From Oscillospiraceae bacterium (GTDB lineage Bacteria; Bacillota; Clostridia; Oscillospirales; Ruminococcaceae), in contig JAZPZJ010000093.1 in NCBI GenBank assembly GCA_045544635.1, forward strand, positions 2,632 through 66,631: 64,000 nucleotides of DNA, given 5' to 3'. Positions 20,137-27,626 of this stretch are shown here, in pieces. Both the position numbers and the translations under genes were made by a program. Numbering within the stretch: position 1 is the first letter of the stretch; each line of letters starts with the position of its first letter. Below the pieces are notes generated by a model. It ran no database searches. It was not told the DNA's origin and saw only the letters and a list, made by a program, of their open reading frames with translations.

Positions 20137-21189
20137 TCAACCGTTTTCTTTCACAAACAGGTGGTGGAATTCCTGCAGAGTAGCACTGCGGATCTCTGCA
20201 TTGCCGATGGGATCGCAGACGACATAGCGCAGGGTACCGCCGGCACGCTTTTTGTCATTGCTGCACAGGGGAACCAGCTCCGCAATGGGGGCGTCCACAT
20301 GTGTGGGCAGCTGATACGCATTTACGCATGCGCAGAGATTCATATACTGGTCGGTCGTACCGCAGTACTTCGTCATCAGGCACATGCCTGCAGCAACAGC
20401 GCTGCCGTGGGTGTAGGTTTCGTAGTGGTAGTACGCTTCGATGGCGTGACCGAGCGTGTGGCCGAAATTCAGGATCATGCGTTCGCCCTTGTCAAAAGGA
20501 TCATGCTCGACTACATCACGCTTGATGGCGATGCAGGCAGGGATGATCTCGTCAAATTTCTCGGATACCGTATCCAGTGTGCAGCCGCACAGCAGATCAA
20601 AGAGCTGTTCATCACGGATCATGCCGTATTTGATCACCTCACCCATGCCGTCCGCCAGGAAGAGCTTTGGCAGGGTGGAAAGTGCGTCTGGATCGCAGAG
20701 TACCACGATCGGCTGCTTGAAAGCGCCGACGAGGTTCTTGCCGTGGGGCAGGTCAATGGCGGTCTTTCCGCCGACGGAGGAATCCACCTGTGCGAGCAGG
20801 GTGGTCGGGATCTGCACATACTGCATGCCGCGCAGGAAGGTTGCCGCTGCAAAGCCAGTGATGTCACCGACTACGCCGCCGCCGAGGGCGATCAGGCAGT
20901 CGCTTCGTGTGATGTGGTGCTCGCAGAGAAATGCATAGATATCCAGCAAAGTCTGGGCATTCTTGGAGCTTTCCCCGTGGGGAAATACGAACTTCACCAC
21001 GGAAAAGCCGCAAGCTTCAAGAGAAGCAGTCACAGCATCCGCATAGAGTGCGTTCACATTGTCATCGGTGATGATGGCGCAGGTCTCTGCTTTGGTCAGC
21101 GGACGGATGTATTCGCCGCATTGCGGCAGGATGCCCCGTGCAATATGGACATCATAGGGCTGCGCTGTATGTACAGAAATGGTTTTCAT
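20137..21189 (-). CDS. aroB: 3-dehydroquinate synthase
   Basis: Start MKTISVHT at 21189 after GGAGG. GGGVVGDITGFAAATFLRG and HTLGHAIE motifs. Confidence 0.92.
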   Translation of the reverse strand: MKTISVHTAQPYDVHIARGILPQCGEYIRPLTKAETCAIITDDNVNALYADAVTASLEACGFSVVKFVFPHGESSKNAQTLLDIYAFLCEHHITRSDCLIALGGGVVGDITGFAAATFLRGMQYVQIPTTLLAQVDSSVGGKTAIDLPHGKNLVGAFKQPIVVLCDPDALSTLPKLFLADGMGEVIKYGMIRDEQLFDLLCGCTLDTVSEKFDEIIPACIAIKRDVVEHDPFDKGERMILNFGHTLGHAIEAYYHYETYTHGSAVAAGMCLMTKYCGTTDQYMNLCACVNAYQLPTHVDAPIAELVPLCSNDKKRAGGTLRYVVCDPIGNAEIRSATLQEFHHLFVKENG

Positions 21190-21595
21190 AAAAGCCTCCG
21201 TTCCGCAGTGCACTGCACTGCATACGATCAGTATTACCTATTTATTATGATATCGGATTTTCGCACATTTGTCAAGGGGTTTTCACTATTTAAAGCAATA
21301 AAATTTGCAACTCATGATACATCGCAATTTGTTGAATTCCGTAAATTCCGGACTGCTTTCGGGGGATCCGGACGAATCGCTTGACGCAGGAGAAAAACTC
21401 TGCTATACTGAATATGGGTCCGGAAAAACCGGATACTATATGCTCTACACAAGCCGCCTCCGTCACCTCGGGGGCGGCAAATTCATGCGCCCGCACCGCT
21501 CTGAAATTGTCAATTCTGACGAAAAATACTTGCCTTTTGTTTTAAAATATGGTATAATTAAAATAATAGGATACCCGTTCGTAAGGGAGGATTTG

Positions 21596-23155
21596 ATGAA
21601 GAATACAATGCATAAACTGTCCGCTGCAGCGGCAGCCGCAGTGCTGCTTCTTACAGGTGCCGGATTCTGGCAGCAGGGACCGGATCGGCTGCTGGCGGCA
21701 GAAACACAGCAGTTGGATTATCTGGCACTTGGTGACAGTATTTCCGCTGCCTATGGGCTTGCAGACCCCGGCACGGAGGGCTTTCCCTATCTGATTGCCG
21801 GCGAAGCGGCATATACCATTTCCAATCATGCAGTCAGCGGTTACACGGCGGAGGATATTGCCGTGCAGCTTGCAAGCGGTACACTGGATGATACGATCGC
21901 AGATGCAGAGCTGATTACGATCACCTGCGGCGGCAATGATCTGATGGGACTGCTTTACGAAAGAATCGCTGCACGCTATAATATGCAGATGAACACCAAT
22001 ATTACGGCACAGGATGTCGTAAATGTGATGATCGGCGGTTCTTCTGCGGCAAACCGTACCATGCTCATTCTTTGTGCAAAATGGGTACTCCTCGGTGAAG
22101 AGAACAAGGGTACGCTGCCTTTTGCGGAAAGTGCGGAATTTGACGCAGGACTTGCGGAATATACCGGGCATATGGAGGAGGTCATGGCATACATCCGCAG
22201 CCGGAATGACCGTGCGAATGTGATCGTGGCAACCCAGTACAATCCCTACAAGCTGTTTGCCGGCAGCGATTTCGAAGCGCTGGCGATCGGCTGCGGCGAT
22301 GGCGCAAAGCGTCTGAGCGAGACGATCACGAATAATGCGGCGGCATTCGATTACGTGACGGCGGATGTGTACACCGCCTTTGAAACGGCGGAGGAAAACC
22401 TCTGCAATGCAGCACTTTCGCCGCTGAATATTGATTTTCACCCGAATGCGGCAGGGCATGCAGTGATTGCGGAGACCTTCCTTTCTGTGCTGGAAACACT
22501 GCCCGTGCCGGAGCAGCCCACCACAGAACCGACTCCGGAACCCACTCCGGAACCCACTCCAGAACCGACACCTCCGCCCATATTCAGCGGTTACCGCTAC
22601 GAGGCGCAGTGCCGGGAACAGTATTATCTTTCCGAGAATGTGCAGGAATTTGATCCGGCGGATCTGATCACCTCTTTGCTGCGCATCGAGGTCTTTTCGC
22701 CCGGCGGTGATGGTGCGGTACAGACGATGACGGATGTTTCTGTTGTAGATTTTGAGGGCTTGACGCCGCAGCAGGTCTACGCACAGCGGGATGCACCCTA
22801 TTATCGGGGAAATCTCACTGCGATGGTTTCTTCGCAGGTGATCGAGCTCGGTCCCGTTTCGATTGGTCTGAAAGGGGACGCAAATCTTGACGGTGTGCTC
22901 AATGCCGGGGACGCTTCAGCGATCCTTGTTTATGCAACGCTCAATGGCGCAGATCTCGAAAGCTTCCTCTATTCCGCAGAAGATACATCACTGGAGCGGT
23001 TTGCTTATTATCTGGCGGATGTGACTGGGGAATCGAAGGATCATGGTGCCGATGGTTCGGCGCTGAATGCAGTGGACGCTGCCGCTGTACTGACCTATGC
23101 AGCCGTGCAGGGTGCGCAGGGTTCTGCTGACTGGGCGGAGATCCTGGCTTCTTGA
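21596..23155 (+). CDS. secreted SGNH/GDSL-family esterase with Thr/Pro linker and C-terminal dockerin
   Basis: ATG 21596 after GGGAGG. Signal peptide, GDSIS block I, a TEPTPEPTPEPTPEPTPP linker (about 22520-22575), and duplicated dockerin segments GDANLDGVLNAGDASAIL / DHGADGSALNAVDAAAVL. Confidence 0.8.
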   Translation: MKNTMHKLSAAAAAAVLLLTGAGFWQQGPDRLLAAETQQLDYLALGDSISAAYGLADPGTEGFPYLIAGEAAYTISNHAVSGYTAEDIAVQLASGTLDDTIADAELITITCGGNDLMGLLYERIAARYNMQMNTNITAQDVVNVMIGGSSAANRTMLILCAKWVLLGEENKGTLPFAESAEFDAGLAEYTGHMEEVMAYIRSRNDRANVIVATQYNPYKLFAGSDFEALAIGCGDGAKRLSETITNNAAAFDYVTADVYTAFETAEENLCNAALSPLNIDFHPNAAGHAVIAETFLSVLETLPVPEQPTTEPTPEPTPEPTPEPTPPPIFSGYRYEAQCREQYYLSENVQEFDPADLITSLLRIEVFSPGGDGAVQTMTDVSVVDFEGLTPQQVYAQRDAPYYRGNLTAMVSSQVIELGPVSIGLKGDANLDGVLNAGDASAILVYATLNGADLESFLYSAEDTSLERFAYYLADVTGESKDHGADGSALNAVDAAAVLTYAAVQGAQGSADWAEILAS

Positions 23156-23368
23156 GTATTTGTGAGATTCCTGTGACGCCATTGTGAAAATGCAGCATCA
23201 TGTTTGAAATTAACGAGAAAATTTAAAATATTTGTGCAGGTTTAAGTTTATTTTAAGAGACTGTCGATATAATGGAAACATAGAACAGAACAGGAAACCT
23301 CCGGCAGTTTGCCGGACGTGGCGGAAAGGAGAGAAGACACCTGGACGAGGTCCTCGAGGTCGAAAGGT

Positions 23369-24139
23369 ATGGCAATCAGTACATTTCAGCGAAAAGAAAT
23401 CAAATTCATGCTTTCGGTGGAGCAGTATGAAGCACTGCTGGAAGAAATACATAAGTACATGGAGCCGGATAAATACTGCGTCGGCGGCAAGGAGTACGGG
23501 ATCTATAATATCTATTATGATACCCCCGATGATTATCTGATCCGGGAATCCATCGCAAAGCCCTATTACAAGGAGAAGATTCGCCTGCGAAGCTATTTTT
23601 CTCCTGCAGAGCCGGGCGATAAGGTCTTTCTGGAGATCAAGAAAAAGGTCGGCGGCATCGTGACAAAACGCCGTGTGACCATGACACTTGCAGAAGCGGA
23701 TGCGTATATCCAGCAGCACCAGAAGCCCATGGATATGAGCAAGTACCTGCAAAAGCAGATCTTCAGCGAGCTGGACGTCTTTCTGGCGCACTATCCGGTA
23801 CAGCCGAAGCAGTATATCAGCTACCAGCGCAGTGCGTTCTTCGGTAAGGAGGACAAGGACTTCCGCCTGACCTTTGACCGCCAGATCACGGAGCGCCGCT
23901 ACGATTTGTCGCTCTCCATGCCCAGCTACGGAGCACAGATCATTGCGCCGAACCAGCGCCTGATGGAAGTAAAGATCGCAGGCGCAATGCCCCTGTGGCT
24001 TTCCCAGAAGCTTGCGGAGCTGCAGATTTACAAAATGAGCTTTTCCAAATACGGCAAAGCATACCAGAGATATATCAGAAATCAGCTGTATCAGGAGCAT
24101 CGGCTGAACGCAGAGAAAGGAAGTATTTTACATGTTTGA
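23369..24139 (+). CDS. VTC-domain (polyphosphate polymerase-like) protein
   Basis: MAISTFQRKEIKFMLS...YNIYYDTPDDYLIRES...KEKIRLRSY matches the bacterial VTC/CYTH-like family pattern as I recall it. Confidence 0.7.
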   Translation: MAISTFQRKEIKFMLSVEQYEALLEEIHKYMEPDKYCVGGKEYGIYNIYYDTPDDYLIRESIAKPYYKEKIRLRSYFSPAEPGDKVFLEIKKKVGGIVTKRRVTMTLAEADAYIQQHQKPMDMSKYLQKQIFSELDVFLAHYPVQPKQYISYQRSAFFGKEDKDFRLTFDRQITERRYDLSLSMPSYGAQIIAPNQRLMEVKIAGAMPLWLSQKLAELQIYKMSFSKYGKAYQRYIRNQLYQEHRLNAEKGSILHV

Positions 24140-24833
24140 TTCCATTTTGACATACGACGCAGTAACCGGTTCCGTGGTGAATATGACCATTGGTCAGTTC
24201 GCAGTTGTGATTCTCTCTTCCCTGGTCATCGGCTTTGGCATCAGCCTGCTGTATCTGCTGACCCATCGTAAGGAAGGCTTTGCACAGAGCTATGCGCTGA
24301 CAACCATCATGCTCGCTCCCATTGTTGCCATTCTGCTGATGCTCATCAGCACCACTGCAGGCGGTCTTGCGCTGGCTGGCGTATTCACCCTCTGCCGTTT
24401 CAGAAGTATCCCGGCTGACCCGAAGGATGTCAGCTATGTATTCCTCTCCATGGCAAGCGGCGTGATCTGCGGCAAGGGCTATGTGGCGATCGCATTTGTC
24501 TTCTTCATTCTGCTGGCAGTGGTAATGTATGTGCTGCATCTGACAAACTATGCTGCACCGAAAACCAGCGATATGACCCTGAAGATCTCCATTCCGGAGA
24601 ATCTCAACTATGAGGGGCTCTTTGACGCAGTACTGAACAAGTACACCGCAAGCTGGAAGCTCCGCAGAGTCAAGACCACAAACTTCGGTTCCATGTTCGA
24701 CTGCATCTACAGCATCCAGCTGCCGGATAATGTGGAACAGAAGAAGTTCCTCGATGAACTGCGCACGCTCAACGGCAACATGACCATTACCCTGACCATG
24801 TTCCGCTATGAGGATAAGATCTACGAAAAGTAA
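24132..24833 (+). CDS. DUF4956-like membrane protein
   Basis: 233 aa with 4-5 hydrophobic helices and a soluble tail. Its start overlaps the VTC stop by 8 nt. This is the usual partner of bacterial VTC proteins. Confidence 0.65.
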   Translation: MFDSILTYDAVTGSVVNMTIGQFAVVILSSLVIGFGISLLYLLTHRKEGFAQSYALTTIMLAPIVAILLMLISTTAGGLALAGVFTLCRFRSIPADPKDVSYVFLSMASGVICGKGYVAIAFVFFILLAVVMYVLHLTNYAAPKTSDMTLKISIPENLNYEGLFDAVLNKYTASWKLRRVKTTNFGSMFDCIYSIQLPDNVEQKKFLDELRTLNGNMTITLTMFRYEDKIYEK

Positions 24834-24902
24834 GCATACAGCAAGCGACCGGATGGGATTCCGTCCGGTCCTTTTGTCATAAACACGGAAAGGATGATTC
24901 TG

Positions 24903-26333
24903 ATGAAAATTCTGAGAAACTGGATGTGCCTTCTGACCGTGCTGGCACTGGTGGGCAGCATGGCAGCATGCGGACAGCAGAAGGAAGAGCTGAACAGCAC
25001 GGATTCTGCGGTTTCCTCCGCAGAGGACGAAGCACAGAACAAGATCGACGATGATGCGGATGTGGAGGAGATTCTCGCTGAGACCGACGCCCCCGATGAA
25101 GATGCCCCCATTGATCGTGATACACTTGTTGTACAGGGACAGGAACCGACGGACGCACCGCAGCAGGATACGACCGAAGCTGCCACAAAGGCTGCAGTGC
25201 AGAACCAGAATAGTCAGGCTGACAGCAAGCCCGAACAGAACGTGAACAACCAGACTGACAGTAAGACGGATAGTAAACCGGATCAGACCCAGAGTCAGGC
25301 ACCTGCACAAAATTCGAAGCCGGATGCGGCAGAATCCACGACCTCCTCGCAGGCGGCAACACAGCCGTCCACGGAAGCTCCTACTGAAGCATCGACCGAA
25401 GCACCGACCGAAGCTGTGGATCCGGAGAACGTGGTGGCAGGTATCATTGATCTGAATAACGGCATTTCCTATGAGGGCACCGGCATTACCGTCAGCGGCA
25501 ATGTGATAACGATCACAGGCGAGGGAACCTATATCGTCAGCGGCACACTGCCCGACGGCATGATCGAGGTGAACACCTCCCTGAAGGTCAAGCTCAAAAT
25601 GAATGGCGTGAATATCACCAATTCCACGGGACCTGCGATTCTGGTCGCCAATGCCAAGCGTCTGACAATGACCCTGATCGAAGGCACGGAGAATTATCTG
25701 ACCGGCGGCAGTATTGCAAATGATGGTGCGCTGTGCACGAATGACACCCTCGAAATCAAGGGTGCCGGCACACTGCATGTGAACGGAACGGTCGAACATG
25801 GTATTTCCAGCGATGACGATATCATCGTGAAAAACGGCATCATTCATGTCAATGCGGTCAAGACGGGCATGATGGCGAATGATGATATTACCGTTGCAGG
25901 CGGTGAACTGCATGTGGTCGGCAACACCAATGGTATCAAATCCAAGGGCACGCTCAATATCTCCGGCGGCAGCGTATGGACAGTGGGCGGACCGAAGGAG
26001 ACCAAGAGTGCGCTGTATTGTGCAACGGGCTTTACCCTGACAGGCGGCAGCATTTATGCAGTCGGCTGCGGCGCAACCGAACCGGACATGTCCACTTCCA
26101 CACAGCGTGCGCTGAGCGTGAAATTCTCGCCCTCTCTGACGGGCGGCAGCACGGCAGTGATCAGCAGCGGCGGCAGCGTTCTGCTGGAGACCACCCCGAC
26201 CTATGCGTACAATACGATCTTTATTTCCACACCGGGTCTTGCGGAGGGTATGACGTTCAATGTGACTGCGAACGGCACGGATCTGGGTACACATACGCTG
26301 AACGGCATTGTGACGAGTGTGACAGTTGGCTAA
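24903..26333 (+). CDS. lipoprotein with acidic/polar linker and beta-helix carbohydrate-binding-like domain (Cthe_2159-like)
   Basis: Lipobox LALVGSMAAC. About 150 aa of low-complexity D/E/Q/T/S linker. Then repeated ~25-aa turns (ITVSGNVITITGEGTYIVSG, IIVKNGIIHVNA, ITVAGGELHVVG, LNISGGSVWTVG). Confidence 0.6.
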   Translation: MKILRNWMCLLTVLALVGSMAACGQQKEELNSTDSAVSSAEDEAQNKIDDDADVEEILAETDAPDEDAPIDRDTLVVQGQEPTDAPQQDTTEAATKAAVQNQNSQADSKPEQNVNNQTDSKTDSKPDQTQSQAPAQNSKPDAAESTTSSQAATQPSTEAPTEASTEAPTEAVDPENVVAGIIDLNNGISYEGTGITVSGNVITITGEGTYIVSGTLPDGMIEVNTSLKVKLKMNGVNITNSTGPAILVANAKRLTMTLIEGTENYLTGGSIANDGALCTNDTLEIKGAGTLHVNGTVEHGISSDDDIIVKNGIIHVNAVKTGMMANDDITVAGGELHVVGNTNGIKSKGTLNISGGSVWTVGGPKETKSALYCATGFTLTGGSIYAVGCGATEPDMSTSTQRALSVKFSPSLTGGSTAVISSGGSVLLETTPTYAYNTIFISTPGLAEGMTFNVTANGTDLGTHTLNGIVTSVTVG

Positions 26334-26386
26334 ATTTGAACACAATGTGTATTGATATTTAAATGTCCGCTCTTAAATATTTATTC

Positions 26387-26428
26387 ATCGGATTTCATGC
26401 GATTTTGCGTGAAATCCGATATTTTGTT
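26387..26428 (+). terminator. rho-independent terminator after the beta-helix lipoprotein gene
   Basis: ATCGGATTTCA-(12 nt)-TGAAATCCGAT followed by ATTTTGTTT. Confidence 0.65.
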
Positions 26429-26471
26429 TAAAAATTGGATAGAATCATTTAGTTTTAAATAGAAATGTGCA

Positions 26472-26500
26472 TTGAAACGGTTTCGTAAATCCTGTATAAT
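26472..26500 (+). promoter_or_regulatory. near-consensus sigma-A promoter (TTGAAA-17 nt-TATAAT) with no ORF downstream
   Basis: Hexamers at 26472-26477 and 26495-26500, spacer counted as 17 nt. Confidence 0.55.
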
Positions 26501-26506
26501 ATAAAA

Positions 26507-26774
26507 AACAGCAAAACACTGGTCCTATTCGTGCAGAGACTTCACGGAACTTCCCCCTCTCATAGTTCTGAAAGTCATCTAGGATTAAAGAATTGCTGTT
26601 GAAAAATTAAATCATTTAACTTAGCGCAGAGGAAGCCCGGCTTCCGGTTGAGTGGTTTCATTTTTCAAAGTAACAGCTTGCAGTGCAGATGAGATAATCT
26701 CATAATATAAGCTGTACATTTTTACCTTCCTCTTTATGAAAACTTCCGACATTGGTCGGGAGTTTTTATTTTAT
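26507..26774 (+). ncRNA. candidate ~270-nt small RNA (family unknown)
   Basis: Bounded by the promoter above and a strong terminator (10-bp stem 26741-26750/26755-26764, loop ATTG, then TTTATTTTAT). No plus-strand ORF with an RBS. Several internal hairpins are present (GGAAGCCCGGCTTCC; ATGAGAT-A-ATCTCAT). Confidence 0.3.
26621..26719 (-). CDS. possible 32-aa small ORF antisense to the candidate sRNA
   Basis: Hand translation: AAGAGGAAGG, 5 nt, then ATG(26719) giving MYSLYYEIISSALQAVTLKNETTQPEAGLPLR*. It has a strong SD, but I could find no convincing minus-strand promoter. Confidence 0.2.
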   Translation of the reverse strand: MYSLYYEIISSALQAVTLKNETTQPEAGLPLR

Positions 26775-26863
26775 GCGGATCCCATGTGACGGCTGTGTCC
26801 TAGAGAATGCAGTTTTAAGAATATGACCTTGTTTCAAAACTCGTAAATAAATTTATATAAACC

Positions 26864-26904
26864 CCTTGACAAGTTATAACGAACGTGCTATAATAATGTC
26901 AAGG
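26864..26904 (+). promoter_or_regulatory. consensus promoter (TTGACA-17-TATAAT, 26866-26894) embraced by 8-bp inverted repeat CCTTGACA / TGTCAAGG
   Basis: Inverted-repeat arms at 26864-26871 and 26897-26904. One arm overlaps the -35 and the other lies just after the -10. Located upstream of the RHH-clpB operon. Confidence 0.55.
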
Positions 26905-26960
26905 TTAAACTTGATGCATAAATTAATAATCCGAAGCACAAATTGATAGAAGGTGAAGAG

Positions 26961-27602
26961 ATGAAAAAGAGCATTTACAGTCTGGTGCTGATGGATGATG
27001 TTGTGGAGGCCGTGGATCGCATGGCGTATGCGATGCACACCAGCCGCTCGAATCTTATCAACCAGATCCTTGCGGAGCATCTGTCGTGCGTCACGCCCGA
27101 GATGCGGATGCAGTCGGTATTCTCCCGCATGGAACAGCAGATGCTGCAGCAGTTCCGCATGCTGGAGCAGACCTCGGCACATGTGCTGGCACTGCAAAGC
27201 CCGCTGGCATACAAGTACAAGCCCACCATCCAGTACAGCGTGGAACTGTACCGTGCGCCGAAGGACGGCGCAGACGGGAGGCTGCGTGTGCAGCTGCGGA
27301 CACAGAACCGGGAGCTTCTGGCGATGCTGGACGGATTTTTCCGGTTCTGGATGCTGCTTGAGCAGGAGACGGCACCGCCGGGGACAGCGTACCGTATTTC
27401 CCCCGGACGGCTCGAACGGACGCTGCAAATGCCCGAAGGCGGCTCCACGGAAGTATTCGGTGAGCTGATCGGGCTGTATATCAATCGGCTGGATGCCGAT
27501 ATTAAGGCATACTTTGCCGGGGCAGCAGCCCCAGAGGAAACGCTGGCACAGCTGCAGCAGCGTTACCATAAAGAACAGCAGCAGCAACCATTGTATCTAT
27601 AA
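26961..27602 (+). CDS. ribbon-helix-helix (CopG/Arc-like) N-terminal domain protein, function unknown
   Basis: ATG 26961 after GAAGGTGAAG. MKKSIYSLVLMDDVVEAVDRMAYAMHTSRSNLINQILAEHL fits the RHH beta-alpha-alpha pattern. The ~170-aa C-terminal part is unrecognised. Its stop is 24 nt before clpB. Confidence 0.55.
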   Translation: MKKSIYSLVLMDDVVEAVDRMAYAMHTSRSNLINQILAEHLSCVTPEMRMQSVFSRMEQQMLQQFRMLEQTSAHVLALQSPLAYKYKPTIQYSVELYRAPKDGADGRLRVQLRTQNRELLAMLDGFFRFWMLLEQETAPPGTAYRISPGRLERTLQMPEGGSTEVFGELIGLYINRLDADIKAYFAGAAAPEETLAQLQQRYHKEQQQQPLYL

Positions 27603-27626
27603 GGAACACATGAGGAGGTATGCGTA

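Noticed and set aside
21380-21560. Tandem promoters (TTGACG-17-TATACT about 21381-21409; TTGCCT-17-TATAAT about 21531-21559) upstream of the esterase, with a possible 43-codon ORF or leader between them.
   Set aside because: The small ORF lacks an RBS and I could not recognise a riboswitch or attenuator fold. This is most simply two alternative promoters.
24075-26345. 756-aa minus-strand ORF spanning the DUF4956 and lipoprotein genes.
   Set aside because: It is an antisense shadow in GC-rich coding DNA (Cys/Arg/His/Gly-rich). It has no RBS context and would overlap two well-supported plus-strand genes.
26860-26940. Looked for CIRCE (HrcA) and CtsR operators upstream of clpB.
   Set aside because: TGTCAAGGTTAAAC only loosely resembles a CtsR heptad repeat, and TTAGCGCAG (26621) is not a CIRCE half-site pair. 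No acceptable match was found.
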